Positions 19,947 through 31,802 of a stretch of DNA of 64,000 nucleotides are shown here, in pieces. The first letter of the stretch is position 1, and the number at the start of each line of letters is the position of its first letter. This stretch comes from Novakomyces olei. Taxonomy: Eukaryota. The notes under the pieces were generated by a model. That model did not search any database and was not told where the DNA came from. It saw nothing but the letters and a program-made list of their open reading frames with translations. The stretch covers positions 1-64,000 of the forward strand of contig JADEYG010000009.1 of the NCBI GenBank assembly GCA_016906335.1, in the 5' to 3' direction. The translations under genes were made by a program, and so were the position numbers.

Positions 19947-20872
19947 AGCACCCAAGAAGATGGGTATATTATGTTCAAACAGGCGAATTTGCTTACAATA
20001 ACACGGTCCACAAAGCGACAGGAATGAGTCCTTACGACCTGCTGTGGCAATTCAAGCCTCCTCCACCCTTTACACAACAACCACCGAGGACACAACAACC
20101 AACACCAAACCAACAGCAGGTACAACAGGTTATCGCGCGTCTAACACGCGCAGCACAGCAAGCTAAAAAATATTATGATCGGAAACGAGGCCAGACTCTT
20201 ACCTTGTCGAGAGGAGCCTCCGTCCTCGTCCGAGAGCCAAGGTTGCGCCCTCGAACCTATCGAAAACTCAAACCTCTTTATACTGGACCTCATGAAATTG
20301 TCGGAGAGATAAACCCCCAGACTTATAAAGTCCAGACGCCATCGGGTACGGAAACATACCACGAAAGCAGACTACTTCCTGCTCAGGAATATCACAACGA
20401 CGCAATCATCAGACCTAATATTAGCGTCTATTCTTACAATCGAGCACCTGCGCTGGTCGATCAGCAACGTGGGATAAAACACGTTAAGTTCCCCGGCGAG
20501 GATTCCGTCTGGATGCGAGACGAAGACCTCGAGGGCTACCAACTCCCATTTCTTCGAACTTAGAAGTGGAAGGGGCAGGATGTAAGTACTATGCTACCTT
20601 GCTTCCTATATAGGCAATAATTACCTTTTACCTTTTACCTTGTACAAGGACAACGCTTTGCTCCTTGTGATAAGGCCTTGTCCCTTGTCCTCAAGGGAAC
20701 ACCTTGTTATCCCTTTATTCCGTTCGCCTCGTTCCTTGTTCTTTGTTTCTCACATAGTATAAATAGATGCCTCTGACCCCCTTGAGGGCAGAGTAGTTAA
20801 TTCTTGAATTGATTCTATTACTATCTATTCTTGCCCAGTCCAGCGCGCGATCACGAAGATCAACCGCTAACA
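19947..20872 (+). mobile_element. Gypsy element E remnant: integrase C-terminus (to 20563), PPT, 3' LTR ~20581-20872
   Basis: 'EFAYNNTVHKATGMSPY' and 'KLKPLYTGPHEI'; purine tract GAAGTGGAAGGGGCAGGA then TGTAAG...GCTAACA; TATAAATA at ~20758. Confidence 0.8.
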
Positions 20873-21381
20873 TATTATTATTATTATTATTATAAGGGGA
20901 TAATAGATTCATATTTCAACACTTTATTTTTTATTTTATGCTAGTGTTGTATAATGAGTATTACTAGTTACGTTATTTTTACGTTATTGGTACATTATGG
21001 TGTTACTATACGGTGTTACGTTACGGTGTTACGTTACGGTGTTACGTTACGGTGTTACGTTACGGTGTTACGTTACGGTGTTACGTTACGGTGCTACGTT
21101 ACGTATGGAGAATGTTGAATATAGAAGGTTGGAATTTGCTCTTATGGTAGATTAAATGAATTAGATACTCTAGATTGCTTCAGCTGAATCCCCCGAGGGT
21201 GTGAGGGTTCGCTTGAGCTATATATATGTAACTATGTATTTTTGAGTGAGTATTCTATAAAGCTAAAAGTCAAACAACTGACACTCATGGTTGAGTTGTC
21301 TTAGCCGGTCAGTGAGTCGGCGAGTGTATTATTATTATTATTATTATTATTATAAGGGGATAATAGATTCATATTTCAACA
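20873..21381 (+). mobile_element. Small non-coding LTR element F (TRIM-like): partial LTR 20873-20921, ~190-bp interior, complete LTR 21113-21381
   Basis: Same end '(TAT)n-AAGGGGATAATAGATTCATATTTCAACA' at 20921 and 21381; start TGTTGAATAT at 21113 is complementary to that end; interior has a (GTTACGTTACGGT)n 13-mer. Confidence 0.7.
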
Positions 21382-22027
21382 GAGAAAAAGCAAATGATAA
21401 GTAATCCAAGGCAGGAGGAAGAAGTAAGAATAACAAAGATTTATTTATGTGCTTTAGTTCAGTATATATTTGAAATAATCACTGTCTTTACATGGATTGT
21501 GAATTCTAGGAGAAATGAAAATTACGCAGAGGCGTTATGCAGTAGCGATAAAGGACCAACAACAGTATAATTGTTTCAGTTATCCCGTTCGTAGAATGTA
21601 TTTAAAATTTTATCATCTCAGCATACTTTTCTTCAGCAGCCTTCCATTCATTATTATTGTCGCCTGCCAATTTGACAAATAAAATATGCTGCTCATTATT
21701 TATCATTCAGTTTTGTTAGAGATTCAAATTAGTTATTTTTGAATTGATATAACTCTGTAGCATTGATTGCCCCAAAAAGTCTTGTGTTACAGATTTACTT
21801 CCACATCATCTAATAACTAGTTTCATGCAAGTCCAGGTTATCGATAATCATATGCTTAGCTTGAAGTTGTACTGCAGATGGCTTGATAATATTTTAGTGT
21901 TCATAAACTACAATATATTGCAAAAGCGAAATTAGCATGCGATAAGTTTGATATAGATTGTAGAGCATATCGATGATCTATGGCTTCAAACACAATTGAC
22001 CCAACCAACCTCCACGGCTTCGATAAT

Positions 22028-22843
22028 CTATTTTATGTATATCAGCTCGCCATGCAGCATGTGAAAAAACGCCACATCCGTATTTGCCCACTCTAGGTAT
22101 TGTTCAGCTACACGCTTGATATCGTCCGGCGTGGCTTCCGTAGATTTAAGTATTTCATTGTACAGTGTCCCAGATGATATACGTTCAGCCCATAGCTTTC
22201 CCCACCATTGCTTCTCTGGCTTCTCTGAAAAATTCCAGCAACTCGACGTTGGGCGGCATTTACCAAGCTCAAGCCCAGCTTCCTTGACCCAATAAAGAAA
22301 GCGCCTGCCGGCATTAGGCTCTCCTCCGGCAGCTCGCGCAGTAGTAATATATATATTATTAAACCACGTCAGGCCAGAGAATTCAGGAAAAAATCTAAAT
22401 GTGTCATAGTCCGTATCTCGTACGGCCACAACCCCGCCTGGACGCGCCACGCGCGCCAGTTCACGTAAAGCGTCAGGTTGACGTCCGCAATGCTGCAAGA
22501 CCTGGTGAGCGTATACTATATCGAACGAATTGTCAGCAAATTGCAAGTTGAAAATGTCTCCTATCTGAAATTTCACTCTGTCACAAACACCCATCTCGTC
22601 AGCCAGCAAGCGTGCCTTGTTCAGTATATCTTCACCGGTATCTACGCCAATAACGGTTCCGTGTGGAGCATATTTGGCAAAATCCGTGGTTATCGTTCCG
22701 GGGCCACAGCCAACATCGAGTATTTTGCTGTCGTCCGTCAGATAAGGCAAAACAAAACGAGCAGAGTTGTTCACCGTTCTCCAACTATGTGACTGTATAG
22801 CGCCACTTTCATGCCCATGTACATATCTTGAGCCCTCTGTCAT
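22028..22843 (-). CDS. Class I SAM-dependent methyltransferase (UbiE-like)
   Basis: ILDVGCGPG motif I, 'FADNSFDIV' and 'RVARPGG'. Confidence 0.92.
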   Translation of the reverse strand: MTEGSRYVHGHESGAIQSHSWRTVNNSARFVLPYLTDDSKILDVGCGPGTITTDFAKYAPHGTVIGVDTGEDILNKARLLADEMGVCDRVKFQIGDIFNLQFADNSFDIVYAHQVLQHCGRQPDALRELARVARPGGVVAVRDTDYDTFRFFPEFSGLTWFNNIYITTARAAGGEPNAGRRFLYWVKEAGLELGKCRPTSSCWNFSEKPEKQWWGKLWAERISSGTLYNEILKSTEATPDDIKRVAEQYLEWANTDVAFFHMLHGELIYIK

Positions 22844-23822
22844 GGTGACTTTAAGCGGCGCGAGATAAAGCTCTTGGGTCTGTATTCAAAACGTAAAGCA
22901 TTGCTCGTACCGAAACCACTTTCTGTATGAACAGAGCCATTTTATAGCGAACTTATCGTTTGGGCATCTGTCCGGTTCGCTGGAAACGATATTGGACGAT
23001 TGAAAATCAATTGTGATAAATTTAGGGTTAGTTAGGGTTAGTCACGACTACTTAAATAAAGCAAATAGTAAACGTTCAGCGCTTGTTGCATACAAAGATC
23101 TGTATGGTATGTACGCGTGCAAAGTAAATTGCGGATGCTCAAACGGCAACAAACCAATTTGTTGCGTAAAACTGCAAGCTATCCCAGCTTCTATGTTTAA
23201 TAAAGTTAATCCAATAATGCGATTAAATATTTTACGCGTCGCGCGGCACCAAAATTACAAGCAACCAACGATATAAGAACCGTACTTAAATGATAATGAA
23301 CAATCAAGTAATAACGGTATCCGTATACATAAATGTACCTAAAAATACACCCATATTTTCCATGATTTCTATACCATTAAAAATAGGAACAGCGTTTAAA
23401 AATTATTAATAGGGGGGGAAACTTTAGGATACTAAAAAGCCCAGGGCAAAACAAACTCAATCGTTTCTGCGAGTCTGAACGTCTTGTACACACTCTTTTT
23501 GTGCATTCAACGCGAAAGGCAGCGGCGTTGCTTCCTCTCAAGTAGCACAGATATATTTAATTGCCGTGTAAGTCTTGTTTCATACACGGAAGCATTGTTT
23601 CCAAATCGGGGCTTGTTTCCCAGAATCTCGGCAAGTGCTAAACAAAGCTGTTTCAAGATCTTTTGTTTCCGACATTGACATTCTGACGAGGATTCCGGTT
23701 TTTTAGTCCGGTTTGCATACACTCGTCTGCTGTCTGTCTCGCGTAGTCCATCTTTTGTTTCCGGCTGGTTTGAAATCGTTCGTTTCCCTACTATATATAA
23801 CCTCCGTGTCCTCGGTACAGCG

Positions 23823-25692
23823 ATGCTCTCTTTAGGGCTCTCTTTAGGGCTTTGTTCTTTCCTGGTCACCCTTCTTCAGCTGCTTTCTTCAGTGGACGCT
23901 GCGCTTAGGTCTACTGAGGAATGGCGAACACGGTCTATTTATCAAGTGATGACCGACCGTTTCGCGCTTCCTGACGGATCCACTTCTAAGAACTGTGCAA
24001 TTGGTCGAAGGCCCTTTTGTGGCGGCACTTGGGCCGGAATCGAGCAGCGACTTGACTATATTGCTGACATGGGCTTTGATGCTGTAAGTCTATATTTCTT
24101 TTTATTGAAAACCATAATATTCGTTCAGGGTTATTCTATTATCTCTAAATTGGAGATTGAAGCATGTTTTAACGATACGCCTGTGTCTCCTACCTTTTCC
24201 CTATCACGTCAGTATTATATCAGAATTCTGTTGCTTGCAAAGTCGCAGGACTGACATCTAGATCTGGATTTCACCGATTTCCAAGAACGTTAATGGCACA
24301 TCCCAAGATGGTGAACCTTACCACGGCTACTGGGTCAACGATTTTTATACATTAAACGATCATTTTGGCAATGAAGACTCACTGAAAAGTTTGATTTCGG
24401 CCGCGCACGATCGCGACATTTGGGTGATGGTTGATGTTGTGCTTAATAACGAGGCAGCGCAGGGCCCACCACAGAGTATTGATTACTCTTTAATGAAACC
24501 CTTCGACCGAAAAGAATATTATCATGATTTCTGCTGGATCGACTGGGCTAATGAAACTGCTGTGCTTGATTGCTGGAGCGGTGATGAAAGTCTGCCTCTG
24601 CCCGATTTGGATGATAGCAATGAGCAAGTCATTGAAGGGCTTGAACGGTACTTGAGTTGGATCGGTGACAGTTTTGAAGTGGACGGTTTCCGTTTTGATG
24701 CAGTAAAGTCTATGCCGAATAACATTTTCCCCGGGTTTGTTAATGCTTCAGGCGGTTATTGCATTGGTGAGCTTTACGATGCCAATGTGGAACTTTCATG
24801 TTCTTACCAAAACAACACTCTGCCTGGTGTGCTAAACTTTCCTCTCTACTACGGAATGACGTACGCTTTCAACGGTACCGGAATGAGTGTCATGATTGAC
24901 ACTATTGCAGCACAGCGAGGCAACTGCAGTAATACTCTGCTGCTCGGTACGTTCTCAGAGAATCACGATTTGCCAAGATTTGCTTCCGTGACTGCCGATC
25001 AAGGTCGGGCTATGAATATGTTGGCTTTCCTAATGCTATGGGACGGAATCCCTGTTCTTTATTACGGAGCCGAACAGCATTTGAATGGGGCTGATGATCC
25101 TTATAATCGTGAGCCATTATGGACAACAGATTATGATACCACAAACCCTTATTATTCAACTGTTCGGCTCTGCAATGCGTTCCGTAAATCTGTGATTCAG
25201 CAGGATCCGAGCTGGATCGATACTCAATCAACTATTCTCTCCTGGTCAGATTGGCAAATTATCTTTCAGCGAGGTGATGTTTTGTCGATTATGGGCAACT
25301 GGGGAGTGGATCGCGATTGGAACGTTACAGTGAGCAATCATACTTATGACGCCGGCGAAGTCTTGGTTGATATTGTTCAACGTGAGAATATTACTGTTGA
25401 TTCTAGTGGAAATATTGGACCCGTGAGTATTCACAATGGCCAACCACGTATCTTGTACCCAGCGACCCGTTTTAATTGGTCTATTGTATCTGCAAATACT
25501 ACGAGTCTAAAGACTCCTGATTTTACACAAACGACTACAATGACTACAGACTATTTTGCGCCTACTTATTCTCAGACTCATCAAGTAGGAGGTACTTCCG
25601 CCGGGAATGCAATGAGTCACAGTACCTGGCTCTTGGGTCCAGCCCTGGGGGCAGCATTTGTTTGTTTATTTGCCGGTATTCTGTTCATTTAG
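23823..25692 (+). CDS. Secreted, probably GPI-anchored GH13 alpha-amylase-like protein; intron 24084-24261
   Basis: Signal peptide, WRTRSIYQVMTDRF, GFDA|IWISP across GTAAGT...CTGAC...TAG, YHGYW, RFDAVK, IGEL, ENHD, Thr-rich stalk and hydrophobic C-terminus. Confidence 0.93.
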
Positions 25693-26831
25693 ATGGGATG
25701 ATTTGTATCATGTATTTTGCTAGGACATTTACTTCACTATAAATTATTTACTCACACTCATGTACACTTTTATCACCTAACATTAATTTCGGCAATTTCT
25801 GGGAGGGTAAAACTAATCTAAACGGGACGTGACCCTCTTGCCTGTCTAGTATGCGTCCCATTGTTTTATTTTCCTAGAGTATCAACTTTATTATCAAGAG
25901 TCATTTTGAATAATTACATGTCCATTATTACATACTGCTTTATTGTTAATTATACTGCCGTCAATGATCTTAACCATACTTGTCCATTTCCTATTCGTCC
26001 ACCGAGGTCTGGCACTTGTATGCAAAGTCGCAGAGTGCAAAAACTCTAAAACTCACAGGTAATTATTTGGTAATGCGATGATAAAAATCTACGCTAAAAT
26101 CACGCTGGTCATTACAGAATCATTAGATCCAGTAAAGAAATGGCATATGCGTAAACAGACCACGGGATATCCAGGATCAATCCTAATAGATAAGAGTTAC
26201 ACGTGCTTTTTATTCAACAGTCACCATCGAATCAGACTTCGTATTTGCAGAGGCTGATACATACTTCGTAGTCGCAATCGCATTTTCGCCATATATGCTG
26301 TACTTTTGTGGAACCGGTCCTCGGGAAGTTTTTGAGGACTTGTAATCGCCAACCTTTTCGTCTTTATTGATCTCGTCTAGTTTTCGTAGATTTTATTTCT
26401 TTTTGTTCCCAAAGTACGTAGATGCCTCTTCTATTAGACACGACAGAAACGATTTCTTTTTCGGATCATGTGTCTGTGAGCCTATTTTCAATGTTAGAAT
26501 TTACAAATACTCACAACAAACCTTCTTCAAAATGATCAGCCGTCTGCCCAGATCTTAAGCTCTTTATCCGCTGCACGTGCTGGTGCGTTCTCGCGGCCGC
26601 GCGGTGAAAAGACTGGCTGCGTAGCAACTAAAAACTGGTTAGACATATGTACTACGGTCTGGAAAAATCACGAAACAAACTTACCTGGCCACTCACATAC
26701 TGTGCAACCAACTGAATTATTACACGGTCTGGCCGAATCATGCCGTGTGACTGCCGCCGCCTCTAGCTTTATCACAAGTCTCTTATTTGATTTATGAGAC
26801 GCGCTGGTAATATGATGAATATAAATGATAA

Positions 26832-27050
26832 TATAAAAATATAAAAATATAAAAATATAAAAATATAAAAATATAAAAATATAAAAATATAAAAATATAA
26901 AAATATAAAAATATAAAAATATAAAAATATAAAAATATAAAAATATAAAAATATAAAAATATAAAAATATAAAAATATAAAAATATAAAAATATAAAAAT
27001 ATAAAAATATAAAAATATAAAAATATAAAAATATAAAAATATAAAAATAT
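26832..27050. repeat. Perfect 8-bp tandem repeat (ATATAAAA)n
   Basis: Directly visible. Confidence 0.95.
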
Positions 27051-27495
27051 GTATACGACTGGTATGGAGCAACGAATTCAACTGGGAAGTTACATGATAT
27101 TTTGGCTGGCTTCTATGAACCTTTTCCCTCTTTCTATAGCGCTACAAATTTCTGGTAGAAACTAAAGGGTTACTTTCCGTGCGTTTTATTGCCTACATTA
27201 TATGTGAATTCCCGCTTCATCCCCGCAATTTTCATGTGCTATATTAGTAATTAATTGGACTAAAGTAATTCTATCAGACCCGAGACAATATTCGGAACGA
27301 GAAAGCAAATTGCACTAGTGAATCTTGCTAAAGCAATGCGTATCTGACAAGCAAACATTGTTTACGTTCTTCAACCTTTTGCTTTTGTTTTTTGATTTTT
27401 CCTTCCTCTCCTCGGTCTCCGCAAACACTCGTTGATTTTTATTCTCCATTTATTAGTGATTATTTTTCTACAATTCAGCTTTTGTCTTCTCAACA

Positions 27496-29253
27496 ATGAA
27501 CTTTTTATTTGCCGCTACCGGTAGCCAGTACTCGAAGCGCAAGCGTGCCTATAGGGCGTGTGACAATTGCCGTAAACGCCGACGAAAATGTGAAGTTGTA
27601 AAGGGCTCAGATATATGCTTCAACTGCAAAAGGAGCAATATGACATGCGTCTGGTCCGATCAGGCCGACGCTGTCGCCGTCGGCGACAACACGAGTGAAG
27701 CCGAGAACGGAGCACCCGCTAGCAAACGTATGCAACTTCAACCTGGCGGCTTTAATGCCGAGTCCAGCGCGATCTCCTCCTCTTCAAGGGACGACGAAGA
27801 AGGCATATTTGAGTCCTCTACTACCCGGCCTGGTGTTGAGCGCAAACCGGATTTAACTCAGTTCATTGGACTCAGCAATCCTCTTATGGGATTATTGTGC
27901 GAAGATCCGTCCATGCTTTTAGGCGCTCGGAGGTTAGGGTTACAGCTTACATGGAGCCGCGAGGAGAACAAGAGGTGCCTCGGCGACTTGGATCCGGATA
28001 TATACTATTTTCTGAAAAGCAAAGGCGAACTAAACCCTGCTTTTGGCCCAAAGTTAAGGCGCAAGTATACGTCATTGTTTTTAAAGTACGTGTATCCCCT
28101 TTACCCCGTCGTGGATCTGGCTCTTATCACGGAAATAGCGGCAACGGGGCAATCGACACAACTCCCATTATTGCTGGTTAATTCTATCTTATTAGCAGGT
28201 GTCCGTTTTGATGAAAGTACTGAGCAAAGAAGAGTCGATTGTGAGGATTTGTTTCGGCGTTGCTCGTTACTTACACTAGTGGAAACTGATAAAATGGTTT
28301 TGGCTGCTGCCTACCTGCTCATGTCCACTCATCAGGAAGGCCATCAGGGAGCTAATACATCGGCCGAGCTTATCGCTAAAGCCAATAATCTATGTGTGGA
28401 GATTGGGCTACATGCATCTGACTATTCTGGCCTTGATCATCTATCGGATCATCGATTGCGATCCCGTATCTTTTGGACTTCTTATTGCTGTGACCGGCTT
28501 TCGGCTTCTACTAATGGCAGAATGCTTGTTTATAATCGTCTTGACTTTGAAAAACATGAGCCTGCTCAAGATGATTTTGATTCTTATGAAGATTATCTTG
28601 TATTTCACGATTGGTATTCGCTCTGTACACTTAATGAACGGATAATTCTTGCCCGCTACCGGGCTCCTGGGTCAAGGGAACTTGATCCAGATTTGGAAGC
28701 TCATCTGCTGTCATGGACGCCTAATGAAGGGTACAATGATATCTTCTTGAACTACCTTGTTCGAGCTCATCAAATGACGATGATTGCCTTTTACCGTACA
28801 ATGTTATCTCCTTCTTCGTTTATTGAGCAGCCACAAATTTCTGCAGTTGCTCAAATTCAATCTTGTTGTGCTCAAGTAATAACGGCTCCAGTTTTGCACA
28901 AGGGTCTTATTACTGTTCACGCAATCGTACACGCTCTGTCAGTATATCATATAGAAATGCTTCTATTGAGCGATGAAAAAGAACTTTCAGAGTTGCGCAA
29001 TTTGATGGAAAAGTCAATAGAATTGCTTCGGGAACTTTCTCCTACTTGGTGGCTTGCTGCGGCGGCTGTCAAGCTTTGTAAAAGAGCCTTGGAAAACATT
29101 CCAAAGCAAAGGGAACATTTTGCTGGTCTCACGGACGATAATACGGCAGAGCATATGGATGAATTAGACATTACAATGGCTGATTTCTTGTCGGTGGCCC
29201 TGTCAAACCCTTCAAGTCTTAATAATCGGTATCCTTTTTTTACAAGCTTTTAG
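27496..29253 (+). CDS. Zn(II)2Cys6 transcription factor with fungal TF middle-homology region
   Basis: ACDNCRKRRRKC...CFNC...C; 'GLH...RSRIFWTSYCCDR...GR'. Confidence 0.93.
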   Translation: MNFLFAATGSQYSKRKRAYRACDNCRKRRRKCEVVKGSDICFNCKRSNMTCVWSDQADAVAVGDNTSEAENGAPASKRMQLQPGGFNAESSAISSSSRDDEEGIFESSTTRPGVERKPDLTQFIGLSNPLMGLLCEDPSMLLGARRLGLQLTWSREENKRCLGDLDPDIYYFLKSKGELNPAFGPKLRRKYTSLFLKYVYPLYPVVDLALITEIAATGQSTQLPLLLVNSILLAGVRFDESTEQRRVDCEDLFRRCSLLTLVETDKMVLAAAYLLMSTHQEGHQGANTSAELIAKANNLCVEIGLHASDYSGLDHLSDHRLRSRIFWTSYCCDRLSASTNGRMLVYNRLDFEKHEPAQDDFDSYEDYLVFHDWYSLCTLNERIILARYRAPGSRELDPDLEAHLLSWTPNEGYNDIFLNYLVRAHQMTMIAFYRTMLSPSSFIEQPQISAVAQIQSCCAQVITAPVLHKGLITVHAIVHALSVYHIEMLLLSDEKELSELRNLMEKSIELLRELSPTWWLAAAAVKLCKRALENIPKQREHFAGLTDDNTAEHMDELDITMADFLSVALSNPSSLNNRYPFFTSF

Positions 29254-29705
29254 AGCAATTAGAGACATTATACATATTTTTATCGGTGGGCGGCTTGTTA
29301 TAAGAAAAATCTTTTTTTTTTTTTTTTTTTTTTTTTTTCAATTATGGTTTAGTAAGGTAATTTATTGATTTTGCAAATGCTAATGTACTCAATGTCACTT
29401 TGAAGTGGCGCAAAACCGTCCACCGATTGAGCTCTTTTTGATTTTATACTTTTATAATCTAGAGCATTTAAATGTAGCTGCTCCCTTCCGTTAAGCAGAC
29501 AAACAGACCCAATATCTTGGATCTTAAAACAATTAATAACTTTTAAATTCATATATCTCAAATATGTAGTTTAACTGCACTTTCCCATCAATATTGACAA
29601 AACAAATACTAATATTTTGATTAACAAATAGAATGACCATGTAGACCCAGAACAAATCATACGATAGTAAAACCGATCAGAAAACATATTCAAATCTGAT
29701 CAAAA

Positions 29706-31802
29706 TCAAACAACCTCCATCTTTTCGTTACTTTTTGTTCGACAATTGCTCTCCTCGTAAAATTGAACGATATCATTGTTCTCCGTTTTCTGTTTCCCTT
29801 CATTTACAATATTATCCATATTCTGCTCATAAAAGCTCCCTGTCTCTTGAATCTCGATTGCACTGTAATCATTATCCACGTTTCCTTCAGCTCCAATCTC
29901 GTCCGCAGGCTGACGTTGCGATTTGCGAGTACGTTTAAGCGAATATTTTTTTACAAACAAAGAGGATACAAATCCGGCTGCGGCAACAGGAACAAGAGCG
30001 ATCCATAAAATGCGTAAAGAATCGCTAAATCCACTAAGCACTTGATCCCGGAGAGAGATTGGCTCAAGAGTAAAGAGTTTTTGGTACTCCAAGTCAGACA
30101 CTTGGCGAATATCAAACCCAGGGATTCCAGACAAGTGCTTTTGAATCTCATTATTTACAATTGCTCCGCTGACAGCGATACCCACAGAAGCACCAATAGA
30201 TCGAAAAAGTAAAAGCGAAGCAGTGGTTGAAGCCATCTTATCGCCCGGCATAGCAGCTTGAATACAGATGATCGGAGCAGGGAACATAGGACCTGCTCCC
30301 AGGGCAGCTAGCAAAGGAAAAACTTCTTGGATTGCCCGGGAAGAGTTCCATCGCAATAGTGTCATAAGGCCATGGCCGACGACCATTAGGGCCCAACTGA
30401 ACCACATAACCTGTCGGCAGTCTCCTGTATAGGAGATCAGTAATCCACCCGCCAGCGCAGTTATTGAAGTTCCAATAGCATAAGGCAGCATTTGCACACC
30501 AGACAGTGTAGGGCCGGATCCAGTTACGCCTTGATAATATATAGGAAGGTAGAAACTAACTGCGTAAAACGCAAATAATTGAAAAAAGGCACACAACATT
30601 GTAGCCGCTGTCGTTCGAGTTTTGAAGAGTCTTGCAGGAATAACCGCATCACGCTTTGTGTAAATTTCATTCACGATTGCGATTATAATAAGAGCGATTC
30701 CGATGATGAGATACGTCAGCACTCCAGCCGTTGCCCCTGAAATTAATATCTCCGATAAATAGAAATTTGCTTGTTTGTAATTATATAAATATTTTGTATA
30801 GATTATTTACGAGATTCACGAAACTTACAAGAAGCGCTCTGTGACCCGAACGTGAGGCCCAACAAAAACAGGATCGTACCTGTAACAATGCTGAAAATTC
30901 CAATAAAATCAAACGTTTCCATGAACTGTCGCAATGTTGTATGTGGCGTTTTATGCAAATTCAGATTGAAAAATATAATTGCAATAGCGATAAAACCCAC
31001 CGGCAGATTTATGAAAAAACACCATCGCCAGCTTGCATGCTCGGCAATTATACCTCCAATTATTGGTCCTAATACGGATGCAATACCTACAAACATTAGT
31101 CTTGACTATGTTGAAGACTACACAAATCACAATTTAATCAAAATAATATAAAATAAAATAAAATATAAAGCCCTACCCCAAGTGCTGGAAATAAATCCTC
31201 CAAATTTACCGCGGTCTTCTAAAGTCGTGATATCACCAATGACCAGCTGAATGACCCCAATAAGCCCACCTCCGCCGCAGCCTTGCACCACTCTCGCAGC
31301 AATAAGCCAATTCATGTTTTGAGCAGCCCCACAAAGAGCACTTCCTAACAAAAACATCAGGATGCAGCCGTAGAGAATGGGCTTTCGTCCGCAAAGCTCA
31401 CTACTTTTGCCGTAAAAAGGCTGAAGACTTGCGGAAGCCATAGTGTATGATGTTCCGACCCATGAATACATAGAAGAACCATCAAGGTCGGCAACAATAG
31501 TGGGAAGGGCCTGTTGTTAGATTTTCTCCAGTATACGGATATAATTATACACATAATTCACACATTTACATGGGGTAAAGTGCTATTGTTCTTACGGTAG
31601 TGACGATAGTATTATCAAGGGCGGCCAGAAAAGTGGCAAGCATAAACCCAAAAAATACAATCAGAATACGGTTCTGAGGCAGATCAATCTCCTCTTCAAC
31701 AAACCTGTTCTTGTCATGATGTCCGCTTTTTTTCGTCGATCGAATATCTGTCGTTTGACCATCAGCGGCACGTTCAACGCTACCGGCGCCTTCAGCTGGC
31801 AT
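29706..31802 (-). CDS. MFS drug:H+ antiporter (DHA2/14-TM type), multi-exon
   Basis: [37 protein letters not shown] and [10 protein letters not shown] spread over four ORF fragments separated by GT-AG introns. Confidence 0.9.

Noticed and set aside
21010-21103. Regular short repeats as a CRISPR-like array (also 39442-39548)
   Set aside because: No unique spacers, eukaryotic context; simple minisatellites.
26668-27081. 137-aa ORF of IFIFLYFY repeats
   Set aside because: Product of the (ATATAAAA)n tandem repeat.
22028-31802. Methyltransferase, Zn2Cys6 TF and MFS transporter as a secondary-metabolite cluster
   Set aside because: No backbone enzyme (PKS, NRPS, terpene synthase) present; typical subtelomeric accessory genes.
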